From Candidatus Aenigmatarchaeota archaeon (GTDB lineage Archaea > Aenigmatarchaeota > Aenigmatarchaeia > QMZP01 > QMZT01): a DNA stretch of 64,000 bases. This document shows, in pieces, positions 9,812 through 19,506 of this stretch. The position numbers were made by a program, and so were the translations under genes. Location: the NCBI GenBank assembly GCA_041489155.1, contig JBGPQP010000002.1, forward strand, positions 54,449 through 118,448, in the 5' to 3' direction. Position 1 is the first letter of the stretch; each line of letters opens with the position of its first letter. The notes beneath the pieces were generated by a model. That model saw nothing but the letters and a program-made list of their open reading frames with translations. It made no database searches and had not been told where the DNA came from.

Positions 9812-10783
9812 TCACGCACCGGTCCTGAGCTCGCTTTTTATGCTGCTGACGAAATACGCTCCTATCAGGATGAGGACGCTACCTAAAAGCTGGATTACCG
9901 GCAGCGGTTCGCCGAAAAACATGATGCCGATCAATAGCGACACGACAGGCGCGAGCAGCAGCAACGCGGAGGCCTTCGAGACGTTTATGTAGCGTATGCT
10001 CCTGTACCAGAAGTAAACGTAGGCGAAGAGGAATATCACGGAAACGAATATGTTGTTCCACTGCTCCACGGTCAGGTAGAAAAGCATGTCGAGCCTGTTA
10101 ACGAACGCAGCGACGCCGAAAAGTATCACGCCTCCGAAGAACATCCTGGCGAACGAGACTACGAGGTGATTGCCTCCTTCAGTCATTACTTTTCTGGCAG
10201 CCACGTTTTCGACGGCCCACATTATTGCAGCGCCTATGATCAGCATATCACCCATCTGCGGGTTGCTCCACCATTCGGTTGGCTCGATCTGAGAGGCAAA
10301 AATGAAGAACGTCCCGGCCAGCATCAGGCCAAGCGCATAAACCTGTTTCCTGGGTATCCTTTCCTTAAGGAATATGAAGGCGAAGACAGCGATGTACAGG
10401 GGGAGGGTTTTTTGGAGGAACGCGGCCCTGCCTGCAGTCGTCAGGCTAAGGCCGGTGAAGAACATGAGGAAGGCGAAGGCTCCTCCTATTACCGCTATCA
10501 GTGCCAGGTATTTCCAGTGCTTTTTAAGCTCGTTCCTGTGGAGGCTGTGCGTCCCGAAGGAAAGCAGAAGGAATACGAAGCCTATTATTATCGCCCTGAC
10601 CGCGGTGAAAATTGTGGGATCGATGTCAACCACGAAAATCTTGTTGAGGGGGATGGAAATACCGCTTATGACCGCGGCGAACAGGGCGAAAACCGTCCCT
10701 ATGATTTCCCTGCTCCTGCCTGTCTTTTTCAAGGGTTTTGCAGGTTCTTTTTTCTTCTCTTTTGCGGTTCTGCCCTTTCTCAT
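9812..10783 (-). CDS. DMT/EamA family transporter
   Basis: About 10 TM helices in two EamA halves (FIFLKERI; GDMLIIGAAIMWA; FFGEPL). Confidence 0.88.
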   Translation of the reverse strand: MRKGRTAKEKKKEPAKPLKKTGRSREIIGTVFALFAAVISGISIPLNKIFVVDIDPTIFTAVRAIIIGFVFLLLSFGTHSLHRNELKKHWKYLALIAVIGGAFAFLMFFTGLSLTTAGRAAFLQKTLPLYIAVFAFIFLKERIPRKQVYALGLMLAGTFFIFASQIEPTEWWSNPQMGDMLIIGAAIMWAVENVAARKVMTEGGNHLVVSFARMFFGGVILFGVAAFVNRLDMLFYLTVEQWNNIFVSVIFLFAYVYFWYRSIRYINVSKASALLLLAPVVSLLIGIMFFGEPLPVIQLLGSVLILIGAYFVSSIKSELRTGA

Positions 10784-11295
10784 CTCTTCGACCCCTTCAT
10801 CCTCCCCGCATAAACAGGATTTATCTTCTCAGAAATATAATCGTAATGCACGCTTACCCAGTCCTTCGCTGCCAGCCCGTGGGCGAAATCGTTCCTGAAA
10901 AGCCTGTCGCCGAGAGGCGTCCTCACGAGGATGTTGCCTTCGTTTATTTTCAGAACCCTGCCGGGGTGAACTAGGCAATCCTCAAGCTTCAGCTCGGGCC
11001 GCACCTGCTGCCTCCATTTTATCGCGTTTTCATGCTCTACGAGGAAATATCTTCTGATTACCTCGGCGTCTATCTCATGCTTGCCCATCTGCTTTGCGAT
11101 TATCGTGCACATGCGTGCGGCGACATTGAAGACTTTTTCTATCGGTATTGCCGTTCCGCTTCCGTTCCTCACCGCTTCGTTGAGGCTGTCCAGCACTTCG
11201 CCTTTCAGCTCGCCCCTTTTCACCAGGAATTCCCCGCACGGGATCGCATAGCGTAAAAACAATTCCCTGTCCTTTATCGGCAGCACCTTGAACAT
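10780..11295 (-). CDS. Hypothetical protein with C-terminal HypC-like OB motif (DUF6390-like)
   Basis: N-terminal LFLRYAIPC. C-terminal CLVHPGRV...KDWVSVHYDYISEKI. Possible TTG start at 11304. Confidence 0.6.
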   Translation of the reverse strand: MFKVLPIKDRELFLRYAIPCGEFLVKRGELKGEVLDSLNEAVRNGSGTAIPIEKVFNVAARMCTIIAKQMGKHEIDAEVIRRYFLVEHENAIKWRQQVRPELKLEDCLVHPGRVLKINEGNILVRTPLGDRLFRNDFAHGLAAKDWVSVHYDYISEKINPVYAGRMKGSKR

Positions 11296-11320
11296 AATGA
11301 TCAATTAATCTCTCAATCTC

Positions 11321-11479
11321 TCAAAGCTTTTCTATCACGAAATCGTTGAACACGAGCACTTTGTCTCCCCTTCTCACCTTTATGAACTCGGCATTCGCCT
11401 TCCTTCGCACGCCGTCGAAGTCGACAAGCGCCTGTCCGCCCTCAACACCAACGACTTTCCCGGTCAACGCCAAACACAT
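11321..11479 (-). CDS. HypC/HupF-like small protein (52 aa)
   Basis: Manual translation, below the ORF-track cut-off: MCLALTGKVVGVEGGQALVDFDGVRRKANAEFIKVRRGDKVLVFNDFVIEKL. Confidence 0.8.
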   Translation of the reverse strand: MCLALTGKVVGVEGGQALVDFDGVRRKANAEFIKVRRGDKVLVFNDFVIEKL

Positions 11480-11527
11480 GTTACCTTTTCTTAATATGGA
11501 TTACGGCTAAATAAAAGTTTCAATTTG

Positions 11528-12439
11528 TCATATGCCCTTCAGCAGGTAAAGCATTATCGCTTTCTGTGCGTGAAGCCTGTTCTCGGCCTGGTCGAAAACA
11601 ACAGATTGCGGGCCGTCTATGACGTCATCGGTTATTTCATGTCCCCTGTGGGCAGGCAGGCAGTGCATAACTATTGCGTCATGTTTAGCATGCTGGAGGA
11701 GTTTTGCGTTGAGCTGGTAAGGCTTCAGGTCGGCGATTCTCTGGTCGGCGTTTTCCTGGCCCATCGACACCCACGCATCCGTGTGCACGACGTCAGCGTC
11801 CTTTATGCCTTTCACCGGGTCGTGCTCTATCTTTATGCTGCCCTTCGCGTGCTTCTTCGCGCGTTCCACGAGCGAAGGGTCGGGCATGTATTCCTTCTTC
11901 GGCGGGCAGACGCCGACGACGTTGGACCACATCTTGGAGAAGCCTATCATGGTCGAGTTGAACATGTTGAAGCCGCAGTCGCCGAGGAAGACGACCTTGA
12001 GATCCTCGAGCTTCCCTTTCTTTTCCATTACCGTCAGCATGTCGGCCATGGTCTGGCACGGGTGGAATTTTTCGCTCAGACCGTTTATAACAGGGATTTT
12101 CGAGACAGCGGCCATTTTTTCCAAATCGCTGTGCTTGTTGACCCTCGCCATTATGATGTCGCAGTATCTTTCAAGCGTCTTGGTGGTGTCTTCTATTGTC
12201 TCGCCGCGGCCAAGCTGCGTCGTTCGCATGTCTATGAAAATCGCATGGCCGGCGAGCTGGGTCATCCCTGTTTCGAACGACACGCGCGTCCTGGTCGAAG
12301 GCTTTTCGAATAGCATGGCAAGCGTCTTGCCGTCAAGCTTCTCGTTAAGTTCGCCTGCTTTTATTTTGAGGGCGAGATCAAGCATGTGTTTTATCTCCTT
12401 TTCAGAAAAATCCAGCAGAGTCAGGAAATGTCTTGCCAT
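11528..12439 (-). CDS. argF: Ornithine carbamoyltransferase
   Basis: FEKPSTRTRVSF, HPCQ, TDAWVSMGQE, MHCLPAHRG, QAENRLH. Confidence 0.95.
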   Translation of the reverse strand: MARHFLTLLDFSEKEIKHMLDLALKIKAGELNEKLDGKTLAMLFEKPSTRTRVSFETGMTQLAGHAIFIDMRTTQLGRGETIEDTTKTLERYCDIIMARVNKHSDLEKMAAVSKIPVINGLSEKFHPCQTMADMLTVMEKKGKLEDLKVVFLGDCGFNMFNSTMIGFSKMWSNVVGVCPPKKEYMPDPSLVERAKKHAKGSIKIEHDPVKGIKDADVVHTDAWVSMGQENADQRIADLKPYQLNAKLLQHAKHDAIVMHCLPAHRGHEITDDVIDGPQSVVFDQAENRLHAQKAIMLYLLKGI

Positions 12440-12487
12440 ACAACCACCTCAAGCCAAAATCGTTTTTTATAAATAACGCAACAGTCT

Positions 12488-13777
12488 TTAAAACCGTTTT
12501 CCATAATCCTTTGCCTTTTTCAGAACGAAAACCGCGTCTTCAACCGCGCTGTAGATGGGAAAGGTGTCGCCCAGGAAGAACTTCACTTTCTTATAATCCT
12601 CATCCCCCGGGGCGCAATCGACCACTATTTTTCCTGTCTTCAGCCGTTTCAGCAGTTCGAGCTCCTCGGGTTTGAGCAGGCAGGATTTCAGCTGATTTAT
12701 GATGAGGATGGCATCGACATTCCTGTCCTTCGCGACGATGTCCAGAACGAACTTGTATCTCTTTCCATCCGCATCAGCGGCCATGTCAATCGGATTCAGC
12801 ACTTTTATCCTTGGATATTTCTGCGCTATTTTTCTTCTGGTATCTTCCGATAACTGAGCCAGCTCCAGGCCCAACTTGTGGCAGAAATCCGATGCTACTA
12901 TTGATGAGCCCCCGGTGTTTGAAACTATTGCGATCCTGTTCATCGTCCTCCTCTCGTATCTTTCGAAGAGCTGGCCGCAGTTGAAAAGCTCGCGCACGCT
13001 TTCGACCTCCATCGCGCCCGTCTGCCTGAAGGCGGCTGAGTATATTTCAGCATCTGTTGAAAGCGAATCCGTATGCGTTAGCGCGCGCTCTTTTGATGCC
13101 TCCGATATCCCCGCTTTCAGGATTATGACTGGCTTGACCGAACGCCTGGCGACGGCCATGAATCTCCTCGGGTCCCTTATTGATTCGAGATACATGAGTA
13201 TGACCTTAGTCTGCCTGTCCGCTGCCAGATATTCGAGCAGGTCGCATTCATTTACGTCGACAGCATCGCCTATCCATGCGAATTTCGAAATCCCGGCGGA
13301 ATTCGATATCATGTAATCAAGCATCGTCACGCCTATCCCGCCTGATTGCGAAACGACCGATATCCTGCCGGGCCTCATTTTCATTTCTCCCTCGAACGTC
13401 GTGTTAAGCGAGTTCTGGGTATTCAAAAGGCCGCAAACCGAGTTTGGACCCAGTATGCGATACCTAGAAGCGAAGGCTTTCAGTTTCTTTCGCTGCTCGC
13501 TATTGAAACCGCCGGAAAGGATGAGCAGGCATCTGGTCTTGAGCTTCGGCAGGATTTCGAGGATTTTATCGGGCGGCAGCGTAACTACGGCAAGGTCGCA
13601 GGGAGGGAATTCGCCTTTTTCCCCGGTGTCGCAGACAAACAGCTTTCCGGAAAAGCCCCGCAGATTGATTCCGACCCTCCTGAATATTTCAGGCGTTACC
13701 ATCATGCCGGTTTCCTTCGCTTTCGATGAGCCTACCAAGAGAATGGACCTCGGGTTGAAAAAAGAAGCGATGTTCAT
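12488..13777 (-). CDS. acdA: ADP-forming acyl/acetate-CoA ligase, alpha subunit
   Basis: FFNPRSI, ILGPNS, SQSGGIG, THT phospho-His region, VSNTGG, NPID. Confidence 0.82.
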   Translation of the reverse strand: MNIASFFNPRSILLVGSSKAKETGMMVTPEIFRRVGINLRGFSGKLFVCDTGEKGEFPPCDLAVVTLPPDKILEILPKLKTRCLLILSGGFNSEQRKKLKAFASRYRILGPNSVCGLLNTQNSLNTTFEGEMKMRPGRISVVSQSGGIGVTMLDYMISNSAGISKFAWIGDAVDVNECDLLEYLAADRQTKVILMYLESIRDPRRFMAVARRSVKPVIILKAGISEASKERALTHTDSLSTDAEIYSAAFRQTGAMEVESVRELFNCGQLFERYERRTMNRIAIVSNTGGSSIVASDFCHKLGLELAQLSEDTRRKIAQKYPRIKVLNPIDMAADADGKRYKFVLDIVAKDRNVDAILIINQLKSCLLKPEELELLKRLKTGKIVVDCAPGDEDYKKVKFFLGDTFPIYSAVEDAVFVLKKAKDYGKRF

Positions 13778-13809
13778 ATATTAAATATGAATTGGGTAAA
13801 ATAATAATT

Positions 13810-14490
13810 ATGAAAAACAATGCAGGCAGCCAGGCAGAAAAAAGACTGACCGAATTCGAGGCCAAAAATTTTCTCGCGAAGCATGGAATTCCCATAACAA
13901 AGGAATTTCTTGCGAAGACGCTACAAGAAGCAAAGAGGTTCGCGAACAGGATAGGCTATCCCGTGGCAATGAAAATACAATCGCCAGACATACTGCACAA
14001 AACAGATGCAGGCGGGGTTGAGCTGAACCTGAAAAACGGCGATGATGTTGCAAAGGCGTTCGACAGGATAATCAAGAATGCGAAAGACTACAACAAAAAC
14101 GCCAAAATCCTCGGAGTCCTAGTGCAGGAAATGCTCACCGAAGGGCACCAGTGCATAATAGGCTCCAACAAGGACCCGCAGTTCGGGCCTGTGATCATGT
14201 TCGGCCTGGGCGGCATATTCGTCGAGGTGATGAAAGACGTTTCCTTCAGGATAATACCCATAAACAGGAAAGACGCAAAGGCGCTTATTTCTGAAATAAG
14301 GGCGTACGGCGTCCTTAAAGGCGTCCGCGGTTACAAGGCTGTAAATTTCAAGGCGCTTGAAGACACGCTTCTGAAAGTATCGAACATGATCTGGAAGGAA
14401 AGGAAAATAAAGGAACTGGACATAAACCCGCTGTTCGTCAGCCCGAAGGGCGTCAAGGCAGCGGATGCGAGGATCGTCCTGGAGATGTGA
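13810..14490 (+). CDS. acdB: ADP-forming acyl/acetate-CoA ligase, beta subunit (ATP-grasp)
   Basis: IGYPVAMKIQSPDILHKTDAGGV, DPQFGPVIMFGLGGIFVE, ELDINPL. Confidence 0.9.
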   Translation: MKNNAGSQAEKRLTEFEAKNFLAKHGIPITKEFLAKTLQEAKRFANRIGYPVAMKIQSPDILHKTDAGGVELNLKNGDDVAKAFDRIIKNAKDYNKNAKILGVLVQEMLTEGHQCIIGSNKDPQFGPVIMFGLGGIFVEVMKDVSFRIIPINRKDAKALISEIRAYGVLKGVRGYKAVNFKALEDTLLKVSNMIWKERKIKELDINPLFVSPKGVKAADARIVLEM

Positions 14491-14491
14491 G

Positions 14492-15100
14492 ATGAAATTC
14501 TTGATCGAGGGGGAAAGGTTAATCAAGAGATTTAGCCAGTCTAGGATGGTTCAATACAAACTTTATTTTGGTGCCGTCATTCTTTTTCTGGTGCCGGTAT
14601 TTTACAATTATTACAAGGTACAGCTCCCGGTACCGGATTTATACGTAATGATCGCGCCTGCCGCAATCGGCATCATACTGATCCTGATGGCGGAGCTGAA
14701 AACAAGGCTTGGCAACTATTACATAACCAACTACAGAATCGTAAGCTCAAGGGGCGCCCTGAAAAAAACAATAGATTCATGCACATACGACAAGATAGTC
14801 AATGTCAAGGTTATGCAGAGTTTCGTGCAGAGGATTTTTGGAATGGGAACAATAGACATAACCACTTATCAAAGGACTGAAATACTCCTCAGCTCGATTT
14901 CGAACCCCAGCGAGATAGAACGTTTGATATACGGCGCTATGGAAAAACTGGCCGGCCAGCAGCCGTCAAAACCGGAAAGACAAGGAACACAGCAGCCTTC
15001 GCAGCAACAAAGCCCTCCTCAGCAGCCGCCATCGCCGCCGCCTTACCAGCCACCGCCTGGGGAGCAGCCTTCCGAAAAATCGCGGTTCAGATCTTTTTGA
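14492..15100 (+). CDS. Membrane protein with bacterial PH (bPH_2) domain and Pro/Gln-rich tail
   Basis: Two TM helices, then YYITNYRIV...G...KIVNVKVMQSFVQRIFGMGTIDITT. Confidence 0.8.
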   Translation: MKFLIEGERLIKRFSQSRMVQYKLYFGAVILFLVPVFYNYYKVQLPVPDLYVMIAPAAIGIILILMAELKTRLGNYYITNYRIVSSRGALKKTIDSCTYDKIVNVKVMQSFVQRIFGMGTIDITTYQRTEILLSSISNPSEIERLIYGAMEKLAGQQPSKPERQGTQQPSQQQSPPQQPPSPPPYQPPPGEQPSEKSRFRSF

Positions 15101-15113
15101 GCGAGGTTCTGAT

Positions 15114-15572
15114 ATGGACTGGAAATCCCACATGCTAGTTCCGCTTCTGCTGTACATCGCAATAATATTGATTTTCCAGTTCCAGTTTTTGTATTCTGTC
15201 CAGGCGCTTTTCCTCGTAATATTTTCAGCCTTCCTTCCGGAGCTTGACCACCCGCGCTCAGTTGCCAGGAGAATATTTTTCGTGATTTTGTTTTACGCGA
15301 TGGTGTTCGCGATAACCATTGAAGTGTCGATGGAAATGTGGCTCAAGTTCGTTGTGATAACCATGCTGCTGGTGCTGGCGAGATACGCTTACAAAAAGCT
15401 TCCGATAAGGCACAGGGGCAAGCATTCGCTGCATCTGTGGCGCTACTGCCTCGTAATCCCGACTTTTTTCGTGTTTGTTTTCATGCTCGCAAACATAAAT
15501 ATCTCGCTGGCTTCATTTATAATTGTGGGATACGGCTCGCATCTTGCGCTAGACAAGATAAATAAATTTTAA
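15114..15572 (+). CDS. Membrane-bound metal-dependent hydrolase (YdjM-like)
   Basis: N-terminal H, LPELDHP, HRGKHSL and GYGSHLALD motifs with TM helices. Confidence 0.75.
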   Translation: MDWKSHMLVPLLLYIAIILIFQFQFLYSVQALFLVIFSAFLPELDHPRSVARRIFFVILFYAMVFAITIEVSMEMWLKFVVITMLLVLARYAYKKLPIRHRGKHSLHLWRYCLVIPTFFVFVFMLANINISLASFIIVGYGSHLALDKINKF

Positions 15573-15577
15573 GGGGG

Positions 15578-15889
15578 ATGGGAATGGAAAAGCAGGAAAC
15601 GCTAATCGCACGATATCAGGTGCTGGTCTCCGAGTGGAACACGGTTTCGATCGTCTGCGCGATCCTGTTCGCCTCGACGCTTGTTGGCCTTGTCTTCGGC
15701 CTCATTTACTTCAACATGTCAGTGGTTTTCATAACGCTTGTGCTGATGTTCTCCTTCGCCACATTTGAATACCGCTCGAGAACGATATACGTGGATGCAA
15801 AGCGGGAGCTTGAAGAAGAGATTTTCAAGTACAGCGGCCTCAAAAAGGCGAAAAGGAAAGACCTGGTAAACAAAGGCCTGATCTGGTAA
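15578..15889 (+). CDS. Hypothetical membrane protein
   Basis: Two TM helices, co-oriented with upstream genes, AGGGGG RBS. Confidence 0.65.
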   Translation: MGMEKQETLIARYQVLVSEWNTVSIVCAILFASTLVGLVFGLIYFNMSVVFITLVLMFSFATFEYRSRTIYVDAKRELEEEIFKYSGLKKAKRKDLVNKGLIW

Positions 15890-15951
15890 GAAGTTTGATA
15901 GGAACTGTGTGTGCTATCTTTCTTCTATTATATTTTATAAAACAGGCTAGA

Positions 15952-16401
15952 TTATACCTCGATCCTGAAATCCTCCTTCATGACATTGAGGGCAACGTGG
16001 GTATTGGTTCTCTCCACGTATCTCATGGCTAACAGCGATTTTATGAACGCGCTCATCTCACTTCTTTTCCTGAACCTTGCCAGTATCAGTGCATCCGTCG
16101 AACCTGTTATATCATAAACAGCGAAGACGTTTTGCATTGCAGCTATCTCTTTTTCGACTTCCAGCAGCTTGCCTTTGGAAACAACTATTTCTATCACCGC
16201 AGTGAGGTCGTATCCAACCATTTCAGGATCCACTATTGCGGCGTACCCTTTCAGCAGGCCGGATTTCTCCATGGCAGAGATCCTGGTGGAAAGTGTTGTT
16301 ATAGAGATTCCAAGCCTTCTGGACATCTTGCGCAGCGAGCGTCTCGCATCATGTGAGAGTTCCTTTATTATGCGCCTGTCAAGCTCATCCAAGGTTTTCA
16401 T
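15952..16401 (-). CDS. Lrp/AsnC family transcriptional regulator
   Basis: LDELDRRIIKELSHDAR HTH and VYDITGSTD RAM domain. GGTGA RBS before ATG 16401. Divergent from glnA. Confidence 0.92.
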   Translation of the reverse strand: MKTLDELDRRIIKELSHDARRSLRKMSRRLGISITTLSTRISAMEKSGLLKGYAAIVDPEMVGYDLTAVIEIVVSKGKLLEVEKEIAAMQNVFAVYDITGSTDALILARFRKRSEMSAFIKSLLAMRYVERTNTHVALNVMKEDFRIEV

Positions 16402-16493
16402 ATGATCACCAATTCCTAATTTTTGTGCATTTTTATAGATATTTGTCAATCATATTTAAAAATATTGTTTCATTCGTCCAATAAAATGTGTAA

Positions 16494-17864
16494 ATGATTT
16501 ATATTTTTAGGATGAACAAAAATATTATGTCAACTGCGGACAAAAAAATCATCGTTGCGGCAGGGAAAAACGGCGTGAAATTCATAAATCTGCAGTTCAC
16601 TGACATAATAGGCAACGTAAAAAACGTGACCATACCTGTGAAGCACCTGCCAAACGCCCTGGAGAAGGGAGTGTGGTTTGACGGCTCATCAGTCGAGGGC
16701 TTCGCCAGGATACACGAAAGTGACATGTTTCTGAAGCCGGATATTGCAACATACAGAGTGATACCATGGTACAAGGGCGAGGAAAAAACTGCAAGACTGA
16801 TATGTGATGTGTATACCCCTGACGGAAAGCCGTTCGAGAGCGATCCCCGATACGTTCTGAAAAAGACCCTGGAAGAAGCGAGAAAGATGGGCTTTGTGTT
16901 CAATACCGGGCCGGAACTGGAATTTTTCCTTTTCAAGAAGGACAACGGCGACATAAAACCACTTCCGCATGACAAGGGAGGGTATTTTGATTTGTCAATG
17001 GACCTCGCTTTCGAGGTAAGGAAGGATATGGTGCTTGCCCTTGAAAAAATGGGGATAGACGCAGAAGCATCGCATCACGAATGTTCTCACGCGCAACATG
17101 AAATAGATTTCCGTTATGACAATGCCTTGGCTACCGCAGATAATGCCATAACATTCAAGGCGACACTGAAGGCAATAGCCCAAAAACACGAACTGCACGC
17201 GACCTTCATGCCAAAGCCCATATTCGGCATAAACGGTTCGGGTATGCATGTACACCAGAGCCTTTTCGATACGAAAGGCGGGAGGAATCATTTCTACGAC
17301 CCGACAGACAAATACAAACTGTCGAAAACAGCATATCATTACGTCGCAGGTCAGCTCGAGCATGTGAAAGGTATGGCGGCGATATTGGCGCCGCTCGTCA
17401 ATTCATACAAAAGGCTCGTGCCTGGTTACGAGGCACCTGTCTACATATGCTGGGCCCAGATAAACCGTTCAGCCCTCATACGCATACCTAGGGTTTCAGA
17501 GGGCAGTGAAAAATCGGTGAGATGCGAACTCCGCTGTCCTGACCCAAGCTGCAACCCTTACCTCGCGTTTGCAGTCATGCTCAAGGCAGGCCTTGACGGC
17601 ATAAGAAGGAAGCTTGTTGCGCCTCCGCCGGTGGAGGAAAACGTTTACGATTTTGACGATTCAAAACTGAAGCGTCTTAACATCGATGTCCTGCCTCACT
17701 CTTTGTGGGAAGCCATAAGAGAGATGAAAAAGAGCAGAATAGTGCAGGAAGCGCTTGGCAGGAGGCTTTTCGAGAAATATATCGAGGCCAAAACCTCAGA
17801 GTGGGACGATTTCAGAACACATGTCACAGAATGGGAGATTAAAAGATATCTGGAAAACACATAA
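16494..17864 (+). CDS. glnA: Glutamine synthetase type I (true start may be 16512 or 16527)
   Basis: FDGSSVEGF, GPELEFF, HHEC..AQHEIDF, FMPKP..GINGSGMH, NSYKRLVPGYEAP, ELRCPDPSCNPYL. Confidence 0.96.
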   Translation: MIYIFRMNKNIMSTADKKIIVAAGKNGVKFINLQFTDIIGNVKNVTIPVKHLPNALEKGVWFDGSSVEGFARIHESDMFLKPDIATYRVIPWYKGEEKTARLICDVYTPDGKPFESDPRYVLKKTLEEARKMGFVFNTGPELEFFLFKKDNGDIKPLPHDKGGYFDLSMDLAFEVRKDMVLALEKMGIDAEASHHECSHAQHEIDFRYDNALATADNAITFKATLKAIAQKHELHATFMPKPIFGINGSGMHVHQSLFDTKGGRNHFYDPTDKYKLSKTAYHYVAGQLEHVKGMAAILAPLVNSYKRLVPGYEAPVYICWAQINRSALIRIPRVSEGSEKSVRCELRCPDPSCNPYLAFAVMLKAGLDGIRRKLVAPPPVEENVYDFDDSKLKRLNIDVLPHSLWEAIREMKKSRIVQEALGRRLFEKYIEAKTSEWDDFRTHVTEWEIKRYLENT

Positions 17865-17884
17865 TTTTCCGGCCAGGCCGTTCA

Positions 17885-18832
17885 TCATTCAAACTCTATT
17901 GTGCCTGGCGGCTTGTTGGTTATATCGTAAACCACGCGGTTCACTTTCTTTCCCAGGGAATTGGTTATTCTTACCGAAATTTTGTCCAGAATTTCGTGGG
18001 GAATTTTCGAATAGGATGCGCTCATGCCGTCGATGCTCTCGACAGAGCGCAAGGCAATCATGTAACCATAGTTCCTGACATCGCCGTGGACGCCTACGCT
18101 TTTCACCGGCAGCAGGACTGCGAAATACTGCCACGGTTTCGAAACCTTGTTCTCCGCGAACGCCTTCTGCATCTCCTCCTCCATTATCGCATTAGCTTCT
18201 CTCGCTATTTCGACATTCTCCCTAGTGAGCTTGCCTACGACCCTCACAGCAAGGCCGGGCCCAGGGAACGGCTGGCGTTCATGGACTTCGATATTTAGGT
18301 ATTTGGCAATCTTCCTGACCTCGTCCTTGTAGATATCGCGCAGCGGTTCTACGATTTCAAGCTCCATCTCTTCCGGTAGCCCGCCGACGTTGTGATGCGA
18401 CTTTATCCTGTCCCTCGCTCCGCCTCCGGACTCTATCCAGTCCGGCGCTATAGTGCCCTGAATGAGATACTTGGCCTTTTCGCTTTCCGCTATGCGTTCG
18501 AAGATGCGTATGAACTTCTCGCCGATTATCTTGCGCTTCGTTTCAGGTTCGGTCACGTCTTTTAGCGCGGCAAAGAACTCATCCTCGGCTTTCACGAAAT
18601 GCAAGTTCAGGCCGATTTTCTCCAGCATGCGCTTCACGCTCTCCGTCTCGCCCTTGCGCATGAAGCCTGTGTCGACGAAGACCGCAACAAGGTTTTTTCC
18701 TATCGCCTCTTTAGCAAGCGCGGCCGCGACCGTCGAATCCACTCCGCCCGAGCAGGCGATTATAGCTTTCCCGTGCAAGCATTTCCTAAGGCGGTCTGTT
18801 TCCCTTTTCACGAACTTCGCTGCATCGAACAT
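17885..18832 (-). CDS. guaAB: GMP synthase subunit B (ATP pyrophosphatase)
   Basis: SGGVDS, IKSHHNVGGLP, RQPFPGPGLAVR, KPPGTIEFE. Confidence 0.95.
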   Translation of the reverse strand: MFDAAKFVKRETDRLRKCLHGKAIIACSGGVDSTVAAALAKEAIGKNLVAVFVDTGFMRKGETESVKRMLEKIGLNLHFVKAEDEFFAALKDVTEPETKRKIIGEKFIRIFERIAESEKAKYLIQGTIAPDWIESGGGARDRIKSHHNVGGLPEEMELEIVEPLRDIYKDEVRKIAKYLNIEVHERQPFPGPGLAVRVVGKLTRENVEIAREANAIMEEEMQKAFAENKVSKPWQYFAVLLPVKSVGVHGDVRNYGYMIALRSVESIDGMSASYSKIPHEILDKISVRITNSLGKKVNRVVYDITNKPPGTIEFE

Positions 18833-18841
18833 GACATCACA

Positions 18842-19426
18842 TTACTTTTTGGCTTTTTTAAACTCCCTGCATATCTCGACAAAATTACTGAATATCTCGG
18901 TTCCGAACTGCGTATCCTCCACTTCAGGATGGAACTGGAGGCCGAATAAAGGCTTTTTCTTGTGCTGAATCGCCTGCGTGCTGCAGCTCGGCGACGAAGC
19001 CACTATCTCGAACTGCTCCGGAAGGTTTTTTATCTCGTCGTTGTGGGATTCCCAAACTATGAATTTTTTCGGCAGGCCGCTGAAAAGCGGCGAATTCCTG
19101 CGGATCTCAATCTGCATCTTGCCGAATTCAGGCGTTTCCGCAGGCCCGGCCGAGCCGCCGTAATGCATGGCCATGAACTGGTGGGCGAGGCACATGCCGA
19201 GTATGGGGAACTTCGCCTTGTCAAGATACTCACCCACGTTGCCGAGCTTGCTCGATTCCCACGCTATTCGCGCCGCGCCTCCTGAAAGGACGAGTCCGTC
19301 GAGATCCTTTATTTCCTCGAAGGGTGTGTCGTTCGGTATTATCTTCGTTTCCACGCCAATATCCCTAAGCACGCGCCACTCCCTGTGCGTCCACTGGCCG
19401 CCGTTGTCCACAACGTAAATCTTCAT
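18842..19426 (-). CDS. guaAA: GMP synthase subunit A (glutamine amidotransferase)
   Basis: DNGGQWTH, PILGMCLAHQ, SHND, QFHPE. Confidence 0.94.
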   Translation of the reverse strand: MKIYVVDNGGQWTHREWRVLRDIGVETKIIPNDTPFEEIKDLDGLVLSGGAARIAWESSKLGNVGEYLDKAKFPILGMCLAHQFMAMHYGGSAGPAETPEFGKMQIEIRRNSPLFSGLPKKFIVWESHNDEIKNLPEQFEIVASSPSCSTQAIQHKKKPLFGLQFHPEVEDTQFGTEIFSNFVEICREFKKAKK

Positions 19427-19506
19427 GTTTCAAATTCGCTTTTGTTAAATAAATGTTTTAGCGCATTTCTGGTAAAGTTTTTAAATCTCTGCCTTGAAAG
19501 ATTATT

